64,000 nt of DNA from NCBI GenBank assembly GCA_964199315.1, contig OZ116709.1:8556001-8620000 (forward strand), given 5' to 3'. The notes beneath the pieces are model-generated. The model made no database searches, was not told where the DNA came from, and worked only from the letters and a program-made list of their open reading frames with translations. This DNA is from Orbicella franksi. Its lineage: Eukaryota. Positions within the stretch are counted from its first letter, which is position 1; each line of letters begins with the position of its first letter. Made by a program: the position numbers and the translations under genes. Positions 10,406 through 46,100 of this stretch are shown here, piece after piece.

Positions 10406-13111
10406 GGTAAGTATTCACCTTTTTTTTTATTGACTTTCATTATTCAGTGGTAGATCCAGGGATACTTAAAAGATGGGGGAGGAATGGGTGAAATGAAGAT
10501 GGTTCTTTTCTGTCTTAAAAGGGAGGCCAGCATGAAGGCAGCCCTTGTCTTACTTGACTTACTCTTTTATTAGTCAACTAAAGAGGAGAGAGTCAGGCTA
10601 GGTCTTTACAGTTCGAGTCATGGTGACAACTAGTAAAAAATCTCCCCTGTATTTAATTTTTTGCCATTCACTATGCCCCAGAATATTCTTGATCAGTCCC
10701 TGATGGTTTGTATGTAAAGGAAGGGAGGAGAGCTGGAGGAGTAACTGACTGAGTAAGAGCAGATAAGAGCAGTAGGGTGACAAGCAAGATGAGCAAGCTA
10801 GCAAGGGGTTTTGTAGCAACCTCGTTCCCAGGGTCTCTCATCTTTTTGCCCTCTCCTCTCTCACTCTAAGAGGGCAGGAAGATGAGGGATCCTGGGAAGG
10901 AGGTTGGTTTTGTAGGTATGGGTGAGTTGAATAAAATGTTTTATGTCAGGTGGTTGTCATTTATGAATATTTCTTGACTTTTTTTCAGAATCTGGTCAAC
11001 ATGATGGAAGAACTCTTAGTTGCAATGGGAATACATGTAGTTTTATGTGATTGGCTATGAGAAATATAAAATGCAAGAACAAAAGATTATTTTCAGATTA
11101 TTTCATATTTAATTTTTAGTAGTTGTAATGCTAGCTAATATGATTTGATTATGAATGCTCTTTAGAAAAAAATCGTGAAAAGTAATAACAATAAATGAAT
11201 CACTTTCTCACTAAAATTATGAAAAAATTGCTCATAAGTGCTACCTAATTTACAAAATAAAATCAAAGAAAACAAGGTTAGAAAACCTTTTTTGTATTAC
11301 ACTGTGAGGATAAACTTAAATAATAAAAAGCCCTATGCTACCCTGTTAGCAGGCTAATGTTAGGGGAGGATATGTGCGATAGGTAAAGCCGTGAGAATAA
11401 GGCCGATGCTTGAACCTAGCCTTGCGGAAATGCTTTGTTCACCAGTGTGTTCTCATGGCTTTGCTGCTTATGTGTGATGTTGAGTGTGGACCTCAGTGCT
11501 TGCAGGATACACTTATGGTTATGCTTGAATCATACACAAACTTACTGACAACATACTGAGGCAGATCCAGGATTTGGTGAAAGGGGGTTTGGAAAATTGA
11601 CTGTCTTGCAAGGGGTCCAGGGGGCATGCCTGCCAAGAGATTTTGTATTTTAGGTCCTTAAAAATGTTATTTCCAGCTTTTTGAATGACGATTGTTGGTT
11701 GTTTTAAACGAGGGCTACGCCTATTTACAATATAATTTGGATTTACAATATACTTACAGTATATTTATTACAATCGAAACCAATTTAGAAATTAAAACTA
11801 AAAGTACAGTTATATATTAAATTTTTTATTCACTGTGTGCTCTGAAAAATCATGCATACATTTCCTCAGGAATGGGATCAATGAGTAGCATTTTCAAAGG
11901 TCGTTCAGCAAACCTATGAACAACAGTGTCATTGTAGACGGCCTTTTTACAGTGAATGCTCAGGGAATGTCCCATTGTTAGGAGCATGAATACATCATGT
12001 TATTATACCTAACAGACAAGTTAAAAAGGATGTGCTTATTAAATAGATTGGATTTTCGACCAAGAGAGCCATTTATTACCAGGACAAGACCCTCATCCAT
12101 CAATGTTATTTTTGCCCTTTTCAACTGTCTTTTTTTTTTTTTTTTTTTAAAACATAATGTTTAAAATTTGTTACTGATGCTTGGCCACTTAAAATATCTG
12201 TCAGAAATGTCAAGTGTTTAAACAATTTTCATATTTTCAGTTTAGGGGGCTTCAACTGAACCGCCTGAACCAACCCTGAATCCGCCCCAGAACATAATTT
12301 ACCAGTAACATACAATACTTGCGAATAAGGTAGACAGTGACTGTAATAAAAAAATTATCCAAGTGTAGAAAAACAGTTTAATTTTCAAGTAGACCAGACC
12401 AGTACAGTGAAAGTTTGCAAGAGATATGAATAGTGTGTTATTAGGCCACTAACTAATCAAAAGGCCATATATGAATAGGATACACAGGCACATAAAATTG
12501 TAACTTCCTAGGTGAACAAAGGTGTGGCCGACTAGGGCTCTTTAATGGGTTTTTGGCTCTTCGATGATACTCAAATATTTGGGTTCAAAATTCTATGGGA
12601 GAAGCGGGGGGAGGGGGGGGGGGTCTCCCATTTATGGGCTATAAGGTATGAGCCGTGGGATAGGGTATCATTTTTGCCCCTGTTGGCATTGTATTCCTGG
12701 TGTGATCCTTTGATATGGTACCTAAATTGTGACAGCTAATATTGCAGTGTGTAATTGTCCAGCTAAACGAAAAGCAAAAACTGGACTATTCATATACTTC
12801 CAATGTTACAGAAACGAAGTTTGAACCATCCATGCCATTCTTAGTTTTTGTTTTTTCCTTCAACAGGCTTTGGCCTTAAATAGGGTGTCATTTTTCAAGT
12901 CGTTCATCCTTAAATAGGGTCAGGGTTTAAGACCCTTTGCGGCACACATCCGTCCAAAATTTACGGAAGTACCCACCCCCCCCCCCCTTCTGGTGGGAGG
13001 AGATTGTTGCCAATGTTTTAGACAACCGCAGTAGCCACATGCACACATTTTGGACCTATTTTCCGCTTGATTTTCTAGATGGAGGGCTCTGGTGATAGTC
13101 GAGTTTCAGGA

Positions 13112-13511
13112 GGCGCTTTCCATCCTACCCAAAACTCCAGTTTGCATTTCTGTAAATTTTCAGCGGTGAATGGAAAGGGGTCAACCTCACGGGCTGTACA
13201 AAAAATGTCTATCCTGCATGTTCTTGCCTGCGTAACAGGCAGATGGGGGGAGGTGTGGGGGGGGGGGGGGGGGAAGAGGAAAATGGGGATGGAAAGAGGA
13301 ATTTTGAAAAATTCTAACCGGGAATTTCTGCTCCATTTATTTTCCTCTGGGATTTTCCTTCTGGAATTTCGGGAATTTTTGTTTGAATGGTTTGCATTTT
13401 GGAAATTTAACTATTTTCAGATCTGGAAACTTTCCATGGAAATTTGGGTACCATTTGAGCTTATTTGGCCCCACTCTGAAAGTTCCGGAAGTTGTGGAAT
13501 GGAAAGCGACC
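13112..13511. mobile_element. MITE with ggcgctttccat/atggaaagcgacc inverted ends
   Basis: Imperfect ~12-bp TIRs, internal ggaaattt/ggaattt repeats, and a small G-rich insert near 13225-13290. Confidence 0.5.
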
Positions 13512-14087
13512 ATGATCTGTTTAACTTTCCCTTACGAAATCATATCAGGATTGTCATCAACATTAGCGTCCATTAGGGACATAAGGCTTCCCGAATCGCT
13601 ACCACCCTGCTAACAGTAACGCCTGCTATTTTATCTTATCTTCTTAAAATCTTTCCCCAGCCCTACCCCCATCCCTTTAGCGCTTGTATCCCACGCGCCG
13701 GGTTAATATTTCGCTAAGCTTGCGATCTCGATGAACTCAAGACAAAAGAGAGGACCTGTGGACTGACTAATTTTATCTCTTTTTTCGAGAACGAAGAAAG
13801 TATTGCAAGAAAGTCCTTGCTTGTAGTGGTGGGGCGGGGAGGGACGCACCCGCCTACCAGCTACCACGAAAAGAAAATGCGCCGGTGAAGATGTGGACAG
13901 CGGTTGCACAAAAAAAGTAAAATGGCGACTCAGGCACATATGAAGAAGAAACGTACGTGAACACATCGAACGCATATACCTTTAGGACATTGTTCTGGTG
14001 CCTGTGTTGTAATTCGCGGACACGAGAAGGTTTAAAATACTTCCTAAATGGAACAACTACTTGTGATTGACATCAGACGTGGCGAAA

Positions 14088-37410
<23,323 letters not shown>

Positions 37411-39039
37411 CACTGGTACCTATGTACTGAGCGAGAGGACAAGGCAAGCCACTCAGTTTTGAATTTTACGAAGAGAAAAGAAGAGGAAGGATGAAAATAT
37501 TCCCTTGGTGATTTGACGGCGCTTGAAATAATTTCATTCAGCCACAGTGGAAGAGGAATATCGTCATATGAAAGAACAGTTTGGTTTCAAAGTGTGCCCA
37601 ATCAAGAATGGTGTTATTTGCTGTACCATTAAACTAATTTATTTATTGACTTGCTGTCTCGAGCTATTACTCTGAATTAAAGAAATTTAAACTAAGAGCA
37701 TCGAAGTGTCAATTTGTTACTCGTTATCTGCGTTAAAAGTTTTTTTGCCTTCGCGAAGATATGACCCCTTGACACTGGTCCAATCCGTTTTGTGTGTTTT
37801 TCCACCCCGCTTTCCAGTGCTTCTTTCCGGTTTACAATGAGATTAAAAAGAAAATCATATTTTTCTTGGTGTCCTCAGTGATTGAACGTAAAGTTTAACA
37901 AGTGGCTTTTCCCTATCGATATTCCAAATTTGAAATGATGACAGCAGAAGCTTTCGACACCATCTGTCGAAGGCGTACGGACACCTTCTGGCTTGGGGTG
38001 GCGACCTTCTTGCCCGAAAAAAATTCGCGGTACAAAAATGTAAGAAGGGTGAAACTTTAGAAATCTTGAAAGCATGGCGTGATACCTATATGTTGAAGGA
38101 ATGTTAAAAAGTTTGGTTTAAGTAGCTATGTTCCGCTGTACCCTTTAAAGAATTGCGGAGTTGAATTTGACAACTGTCGACAAAATATATTTGTTTAATT
38201 CGAAAGACCCTCAAGTCTAAGCTGACGGCAAAAACGATTACGTCAACAATTTTTGCCGCCTTCTGAGATGATTCCGAAGATCTTTGCATCTAACGGGACA
38301 CAAGGAGAAACCCGTGGTTTAAAGGGGAGCAAAAAAACATATGCGAAGGAGGAAGGGAAGGGGTATGTAGGAAGGCCCCATCAGGAGCGCACAGGGATCA
38401 GACATAACAGGACGCATGGGAAGCGTAAGGTAACACGGCGAATGCACAAGAAACGCACGAGGAAATGCGCTTGCGAAAACTGACAAAAGTAGCAGAGGGG
38501 ACTTAGCTGGGGGGAGGGGGATTAAACCACTGGAAAAGCATGGTTGCTTGTACATAGATCACGGTGAAAGGCGATGCAGAACAAACGGGAGACAACGAAA
38601 CGCGCAGAGAACGCTAAATAGAAAGAGCATTACTTGTGGGTTCCCTCATGCGTTAGCTAGTCCATTTCACCGTACTGCGTGCTCGGAGAAACTAGCAGAA
38701 AACCGACGGGCATACTTAAGTACCAAACCCAAGGGAAACGCTAGGGAAATCTCGGAAAATGCATGGAGAACGCGAGAGACGATATGCATGGGGAAGCCCG
38801 AAGTAACGCTCGGGGAACAGAGGAAGGAATCCATTGGGGAGCAAACTGGGTTGTTCAGTGTGGAGGGAACGCACACCAAATGCATGGAGAATGCAAGAGC
38901 GAACGAACGTGGAGATGCACGAGGGTAAACACAGGGAATGCACGTGGTGTAACAGAACACAAATCGCAATCGCTTCGTTTGCTCGTAGTTTTTAATTGTA
39001 AATCGTAGTCTAAATAACAGTATTACCTTTTAAAAGCAA

Positions 39040-41000
39040 AAAGAAACCGATTCCTGAAAAGGTGACTTACAATAATGCTGTCTTTTCTGATGACCGAGGA
39101 CGTGCAGAGACTTTTAATGACTTTTTCAAATCTATATACAAAGATCATTCTGACTGTGAAGTAAATGTCGACGTGCCTATACTTCCAGGAGTAAAAAACT
39201 TTTTAGCTCACATTATAGTGTCAGTTGACGAAATTGAGGATATACGACGCTCACTAGACACTCATAAAGCTATCGGTCACGATAAACTACCTACGATGGT
39301 ATTGAAAGAATGTGCAGTCTCTAGCACCCTCTATAACAGCGATTATAAATTTCAGTCTAAGTCATGGCTTTCAGCTATCTGATTGGAAGAGAGCAAATGT
39401 TCCTCTAGTTTTTAAAAAAGGTAAGAAAGATCTTGTTGACAATTATCGTCCTGTGTCTCCACTACCAGTTATTTCCAAAGTCCAAGAACGTTGCGTGGCT
39501 TCGCGTCTCGTCCCACACGTGAAGGAGTTACTGTATCCATTCCAACACGGTTTTCAAAAAGGAAGGTCTTGTGTCACGCCGCTCGTAGAAGCTTTTTATG
39601 ATATTGGTGGCGCGCTGGACCGTGGGATTGAAACTGATATTATCTATCTCGACTTTGCCAAGGCTTTTGACTCCGTATGTCCCGCTAAGCTGGTTTCCAA
39701 GCTATCAACCTTTGGAATTAAAGATCCTTTACTATCTTGGTTTCACTCGAATCTAACTGGGAGGAGTCAGAAAGTGGTGGTAAATGGAACGTTCTCTAGA
39801 TGGACCGATGTAGGGTCAGGTGTCCCGCAAGGGTCACAATTGGGACCAATACTGTTCTTATTATTTGTTAATGACATGCCTAATGTAGTTACCAGTGCGA
39901 CGCTGGCTATGTTTGCAGATGACTCAAAATGTTACAAGGTTACTAATCATCATTCTGATTACTTGCAACTACAGCAGGATTTAGATGCGCTTTCAAATTG
40001 GTCGTTGCGAAATGAGTTGTTTTTTCAGCCTACTAAGTGCAGTAATCTGCGCATTTCTAGGAAACGCCTTAGTCCACCTCGTAGCTATAGTTTAAATGGT
40101 ATTAATGTGGAAGTTGTCATATCTGAAAAAAATTTAGGTGTTGTGATTGCAAATGACATCTCTTGGAAAGATCACATAGTTATGATTGTAGCTAAAGCTA
40201 ATAGGATGCTTGGTTTTCTCAAAAGAAACTGCGTAGGTATTGTTGGTAGTACAGCGCTTTTGCGTCTTTACTACCTTTACTACTTGCGTCTTTTGTTTTT
40301 GCTCTCAGTTATGGGCCCCTCAGTCAATTATCAGCAATTTATTACTTGTAGAGAACATACAAAGGAGAGCTACTCGTTTTATATTAAGGAATAGTAACCT
40401 ATGTTATAAGGTTCGTCTAATCAAGCTTAAGTTATTACCGCCTAATTACTGGTTAGAATATCTTGACTTAGTTTTCTTTTTTAAGTGCCTTCATGGGCAT
40501 ATAGATTTCACTCGTGAATTTAGTTATTATTTTTCTTTTCTAAAGGGCAACACGCGCCGTGCTTCATCAGGGCTGCATTTAAAGACTAACGCTTGTCATA
40601 CGTCTTCCTTCCGAGACTTTTACTTCAACAGAATAACTTTGATATGGAACAGTTTACCTGAAAATATCAAGGATTCAGACACTATAAGCTCTTTTAAAAG
40701 TAAACTTAAGTCATTTATTTTACTAGACTTTTAAATGTTTTTGATGGTGACAAGTTTCGTTCTTTTAAATGAATTTGTCCTAAGTGTCGCCGTGTTAATA
40801 TTTTCTTTGTCTGTACTTGTTAAGTTGATTAGTATATTTTAGATTGTATTTGTGTTATTTAGATTATTTGATTTGTAGTTTAGTCGGGTCAGGGAAGGGT
40901 TTTTTCGGGATATTTTTTAGGGGGTTGGGTGTGGGTATATTAACCAAGTAGGGGACTTATGTCCTATTGTTAAGCACCTGTACTTGTACGAATCCTAAAA

Positions 41001-41043
<43 letters not shown>

Positions 41044-41045
41044 AT
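39040..41045 (+). mobile_element. 5'-truncated CR1-group (L2/Crack/Daphne-like) LINE with RT and a (TAAA)n tail
   Basis: Overlapping frameshifted ORFs 39062-39382, 39312-40394 and 40240-40734. Motifs: YRPVSPLPVISKV, QHGFQKGRSC, YLDFAKAFDSV, GVPQGSQLGPILFLLFVND, FADDSKCY, NRITLIWNSLP..FKSKLK. The 3'UTR ends in about 12 AAAT units (40997-41045). Confidence 0.92.
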
Positions 41046-41478
41046 CATAGCCGTTTTAACATTTCTAGTCTTATCTGCTCTTAAGCACAATTTGTGGTTT
41101 GGAGCTGGCAAATAAGCAGGTTTGGTATTGACCAACGGAGCTTGACTGTATCACAAGCTGAACAAATTTGATCAAATTATTGATTCTATCCCAAATACGT
41201 TATAGGAAGGTTTAGTTTGTAGTATCCTTGTTAATTATTGCGAAAATTTTACAAATCACTGGTAAAAATTAAGGTTTAATAAAACAACACACTTTAATGT
41301 TGGTATTCCTGACCAATGAACTTGCCAAGGAGTTTAATTTCAATGTTGTTTCGTTGTTTAGTCTTTTTCAGATTTCATTCGATGGGGCAGGTCAAAAAAA
41401 GTAAATTACGCACACTTAAGACACCCAGCGAAAAACAACACAAAAACGGCCTTGTGGACGGTAGCAAGGAAAACATGT

Positions 41479-41628
41479 CAATAGGCTATTTTCGATATTT
41501 TAAAATTCTAACTTGGCTTTGAGGCTTGAGGGAATAAAACAAAACAAATAAATAAATTATTCATGCCTCAACCTCGGTGTGATTTATTTTGTCAAGTTAG
41601 AATTTCAATATTAAAAAAATGGCTTATT
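41479..41628. mobile_element. MITE with ~35-bp imperfect TIRs
   Basis: aataggctattttcgatattttaaaattctaacttg versus caagttagaatttcaatattaaaaaaatggcttatt. Confidence 0.6.
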
Positions 41629-42925
41629 TTCCAAGCTACATGGAAAATGCAGATTATTGTCATTAAAAAAACCGTCCTGTTCTGAACGTGACTGCAAAGT
41701 GCGAATAATTCGCCAGTAATATTCCAAAAAAATGCTTTCTCAATAACAAATTCAACAAAAGTGCGTCGAAAAGCGTGAGAATATAGTTCGCACCAAAAGC
41801 TGTGACGTGTTTGGCCGCGATTGGCTTCAATTGTTAATCCATATTCATGACAAATTGTAATTTGCTTCATTTCAAACAGTTCGTGGCCGTGTGAAGACGT
41901 CCACCGAGTGCTGGAGAATCTGATGACAATCCTTGTGACGAAGGAATGAAGAAACCGTAGATGTACGTCGTCAAAAGTTAATATTATTTATAGCAAAGGT
42001 AAGCAACCACAAATTCTTCCGATTTTGCTCCAAATTCAGTCTCTAAGCTGGAAGAAACGAGTTCAAAGCGCCGTTACAACTTCCACGTGGCTTCGATGTT
42101 TCGCTTTGGGAGTTGATTTTCGCTCGCTCAGTAAGTTTCCTTTGCCTCAAAAAGAAATCAAAAGAAAGAGAGAAGTAAGTTTAAACACCATCTGAAGAAA
42201 AAAATTTGGAAGTAATTTTCTTTTCTTCGCCGCTAAAGGTGAACTCGAATTCTTTCCAAAGCATCCACACCTAAATGGTCTTTGGAGTAGGACATCAGAT
42301 TTGCAGAAATAAGAGAGCAATGTTAAATGCTAAACAAGAACTTTGAAACTACTTTTCTCTGTAGCTAAATTTCTGTTTTTCTATTTGATTTACAGACTGA
42401 TAATTCTGGAAGGAAGGGCCGACAAGACCGGAATCCACTCGATGGATTATCAAGGATTAGAGGAGCGTCGCGAAGATAAGCCGAGTATATATTTAAAAAA
42501 CGCTAAATAACTATGGGTCATCCAAATTCACTCTCAATTTGCAAAACGATCATTTCATTTTTCGTGGTATTGAGTTTTGTTTCGTTTTGTTTCAAGTTCA
42601 CGGAGGTTCGAGTACATATATTTATTTTCTAGTGGTCGAGATAAGGGGGTGTTCTAAAGGATTCGAAATACGTTCAGAAATTTGAGAGTGTTGTGGTTTG
42701 ACCCAAAGTTCAATGCTGTTTTAAAGTGGCAATACAAATTGGTCCAAATTGAAAATCTAGATCAGTGCTCGCAAATAAAGGTTGAATTTTCCCTCCTAGC
42801 TTATCTCAATTCGTCGATCGGCTAACAGAGTCATCAAAATACCGGCATTTTTCTTGCCAGACTTTCTCTAGTGCTACTTTAAAATTGCATTACTGTATTT
42901 AATTTAGTTGTCGAGAACAGAACAT

Positions 42926-43330
42926 TGGTTTATTTAATGGGGTCTAGCAAAAGTTGCCAAAGAAACTTTTCGTCTCACGTAAATATATAATCTTATTGTC
43001 TTGGAAGAGGCCAAAATTGGGCGATGCTACATATTTAAACTTTCTCTTTCCAGTATTACCACAAATAGCAAACTTTCAGAAAAACGCGTTTTGTAATTGT
43101 CTTGGAAAGGACCAAAATTAGTCGAAGATTGGGTCATGAAAATATTTATAGTTTTTCTTTCCAGTATTAATCGGTTTTGAGGAAGCAGAAATGGCACATT
43201 TTCGTTTAATGGGGTCCAGCAAAATTTACCAAAATTTTCTTTTGAAAATGTACACCCTAATTGTCTTGGAACAGTCAAAAATGGACGGGGGTAGGGTGAT
43301 TTTTTTCTTTCCAGTATAAGTCGGTTTTGA
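42926..43330. repeat. Degenerate direct repeats
   Basis: attgtcttggaa at 42995, 43096 and 43260; ctttccagtat at 43046, 43157 and 43307; tttaatggggtc(t/c)agcaaaa twice. Confidence 0.7.
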
Positions 43331-44879
43331 CGTGACACAAATAGCAAATTTTCAGAAAACCATGTTCTGTTCTCTTAGTATTTTAAGTTTAGTACTCATA
43401 AGCAATGCCTGGTTCAATCGTTATCGAGTTTACGTGTCAAATTCTCGGTGCAATATATCAGCATTTCGTTCCGAAAAAAATAAATTGAACTATACAAAAC
43501 ATCGTTTTCGATTTCAAAGTTTTGGCTTAATCTTAAACAAGAGGGTAGCGCACTATAAACACAGCAGGGCTCATCTTCCCTTTGACATCATCTGATTTGG
43601 AATTTATCAATCTTTTAAATTTGCGTTTTGTTTTCATAAATTTCATCGAAAACTTTTGTTTTTCCTTTATAATTTTCCACGATCCAAATGTCTACACACT
43701 TATGTGAAGCTTTGTCAACAATGTGTGAATTAATTCCTATTCAAATTTGATATTGCATGATAGAATTTCGTTCGCGAAATATATCGAAGCTTATGTAAAT
43801 TTGAATTTGGCGTTTTTTCCAACGTTGTGAAACATCAGAGAAAATGGTCAATCGAAATTCAATGTTCTATTCTTTGTAAACAAACCAAGGTATCTTGTGA
43901 AGTAGTCAAAGAATTGTCACTGAAGTGGAGAAATAAAAAATACAAATACAAATTGAAAGAAAGGAGCAAACGTTCTTGAGAAAAGAGTTATCTTAAAATT
44001 GCATTTTTATACATTTTGAGTTGGTCTCAATGTTAAAACTTCATTTTACAGTGCGCCTTCTGTTTAAGATACCTGAATTTTGTATTCAAATTGTAAAATT
44101 TTACGAGCAAGATTTGGTGTTTGTTAGACAAGTTGTAAGGATGCAAATTCTGAAACTTTTGGCTTTTGTATTCAACACGCTTTCATGTGTTTATCTCACG
44201 ATGTATAGGTGTGCTTATTCACTTTCAAACTTACTTGTTTGATGTGAAAAGTTAATAAAGGGTTGTATTATGTACAAAAAACTTGATTTCAAAGATCTGC
44301 ATCAACAGAATTTTGATTTTATTTGCCAAATTAATCGCATCTATTGTTCGACTTGTAAATAAGATTAAAGTTTGGAAGGTGAACCGACCTGAGAACCAGG
44401 CATTGAACGTTTGAGTACTGTAAATTGTTACACAGTGGAAGGGAAAGGAGCAAAGCATCTTTTCGAATCAACCGCAATCATTTCATTTCGGTATTCGCGG
44501 ACTAAATAATAGGAATTTGACTTGGCTGCTGACAATCAAATTATTTCGAGTATTTATAGACGTTGGTACGGACCAATTCTCAAAAATTTGCACGCAGTAA
44601 AAACATTTTAATGTGAACTCGAAAGATGTTTTGGTTCTTTCACTCGTAGCGTGTAGCTTTTTTAACAACTCTTGAGTAACATGGCGAGCTTTGCAGAGTC
44701 GAAGGTTAAAACTAAATCAAAATTAAGTTTGTTTGGCGAGATTTTATTCAAAAGTACCGGATATGACATAAATTGGCGTAGCTTTAGATTATCTTTATTC
44801 TTCATCGTTGAGGTCGTAGCTTGCCATGTTGTTCAAGGGTTGGTCCAGTTCGTGTAATTGTTTCTGTCATTTTGAACGA

Positions 44880-46100
44880 GTTGCAAACGTTGCATGAAAT
44901 AGTCTTTGTGTGTGGAATCTGATGTCGAATAATTTCTGTAAAATTTCATTTCTGAAATATAAACGGTTTGTGTTCTTCAGATTACTGGCAAACGGTTTTA
45001 CTGGTTAAGTTTGAGGGATGTAGATTTGCTGGAAAGTGTGCAGTAGTATTTCAGTTACCATTTGTTTAAAAATTTCTCGTGATTTTTGATTCGGGTTTTG
45101 GAAAGACAAATGAATGAAAGACTGACAACACAACTGTGCACTTTAAAGCAAAGCTTCGTCGTTCTAAATTGATCAGTGAAATCTTATGTCAGTTGTCTTG
45201 GATTTACAGACCGTAGATATTTCAGAAATAAAATTTTACAGAAATTATTTGACAACATATTCTCATACAAACTCTGTATTTTCTGCCATGTTTGTGCCTC
45301 GCGCAAAATGGCCGAATTGGTTTACTTGACATAAACTCGTACAAGAAACACAAAATGCAGTCGTTAAAAATTGGCCAAGATTTTAACATAGACTTGCAGT
45401 CAAATTTTTTGTGACGGTTTTTTGTACGAGGTTATGTTTAAGAGTTTTTTGGCGGGAAATTTTAAGGGCAGCCATTTTGAATTTTTTGCCAAAATTGTTG
45501 TCAGGGGAAACGCTGTGCAAATTGGTTCAAATTTTCCCGCCAAAAGTCTTAGTATATGGAGGGAACATTTTTTCTTGACATCTTTTTAATTGATTTAATG
45601 TAATTTCAATTAACTAATTAAAGGTTATTAGAGATGAATAAAGTTAATTTAAAAGACAAAAAGCACTTGTTTGGTTGTTGTTATTGAAATATAGACTTAA
45701 AATTACTAATAAAGATGACAAAGGAAACTGTATGTTGGTGGTATTTTATTGTGACTTCATATTATTCATAAATATGAATAAAGCTGCAGACAACAATTTC
45801 AATTTTATTAAAGGATATAGCTAACTACAAAGTAGACGAGACTTGAATTTTGAAATTCAATTTTTTTTTTAAAAAAAATTGGCGCATGCGTATTTTGGGC
45901 GCCGTATTTTTTCTAAGTCTTTTGGCGGGAAAATGAAAACGTTTTAAACAGAACTTACTTACAGTAACTATAGCGAAAAATTTTTTAAAAAAAACGGCGC
46001 ATGCGTATTTTGAGCGCCCGTATTTTTTCTAAGTTTTTTGGCGGGAAAATTGAAAAAATTTGAACAGCGGTTTAGAAGACAATAATTTTGACAAAATTTT
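44880..46100. repeat. Foldback-like composite repeat with TTTTGGCGGGAAA motifs
   Basis: Inverted repeat 44921-44960 / 45217-45256 (37/40). Motif copies at 45447, 45532 (reverse), 45920 and 46036. A ~115-bp direct repeat starts at 45881 and 45996. Confidence 0.7.

Noticed and set aside
11846-12008. Minus-strand 50-codon frame (HDVFMLLTMGH...PIPEEMYA*) with a nearby acceptor and AATAAA, resembling a terminal exon
   Set aside because: All three phases from the acceptor hit a stop within 10 codons, and no upstream exons were found. More likely a decayed LINE 3' end or chance.
13079-13613. 165-aa and 76-aa ORFs upstream of HEATR6
   Set aside because: They lie within a MITE and a G-run; no homology-like features.
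38253-39008. Cluster of overlapping 76-126 aa ORFs
   Set aside because: Explained by compositional skew (few stop codons); no protein-like motifs.
40997-41045. Regular repeat array
   Set aside because: Simple (TAAA)n LINE tail. No CRISPR-like repeat-spacer array exists anywhere in the window.
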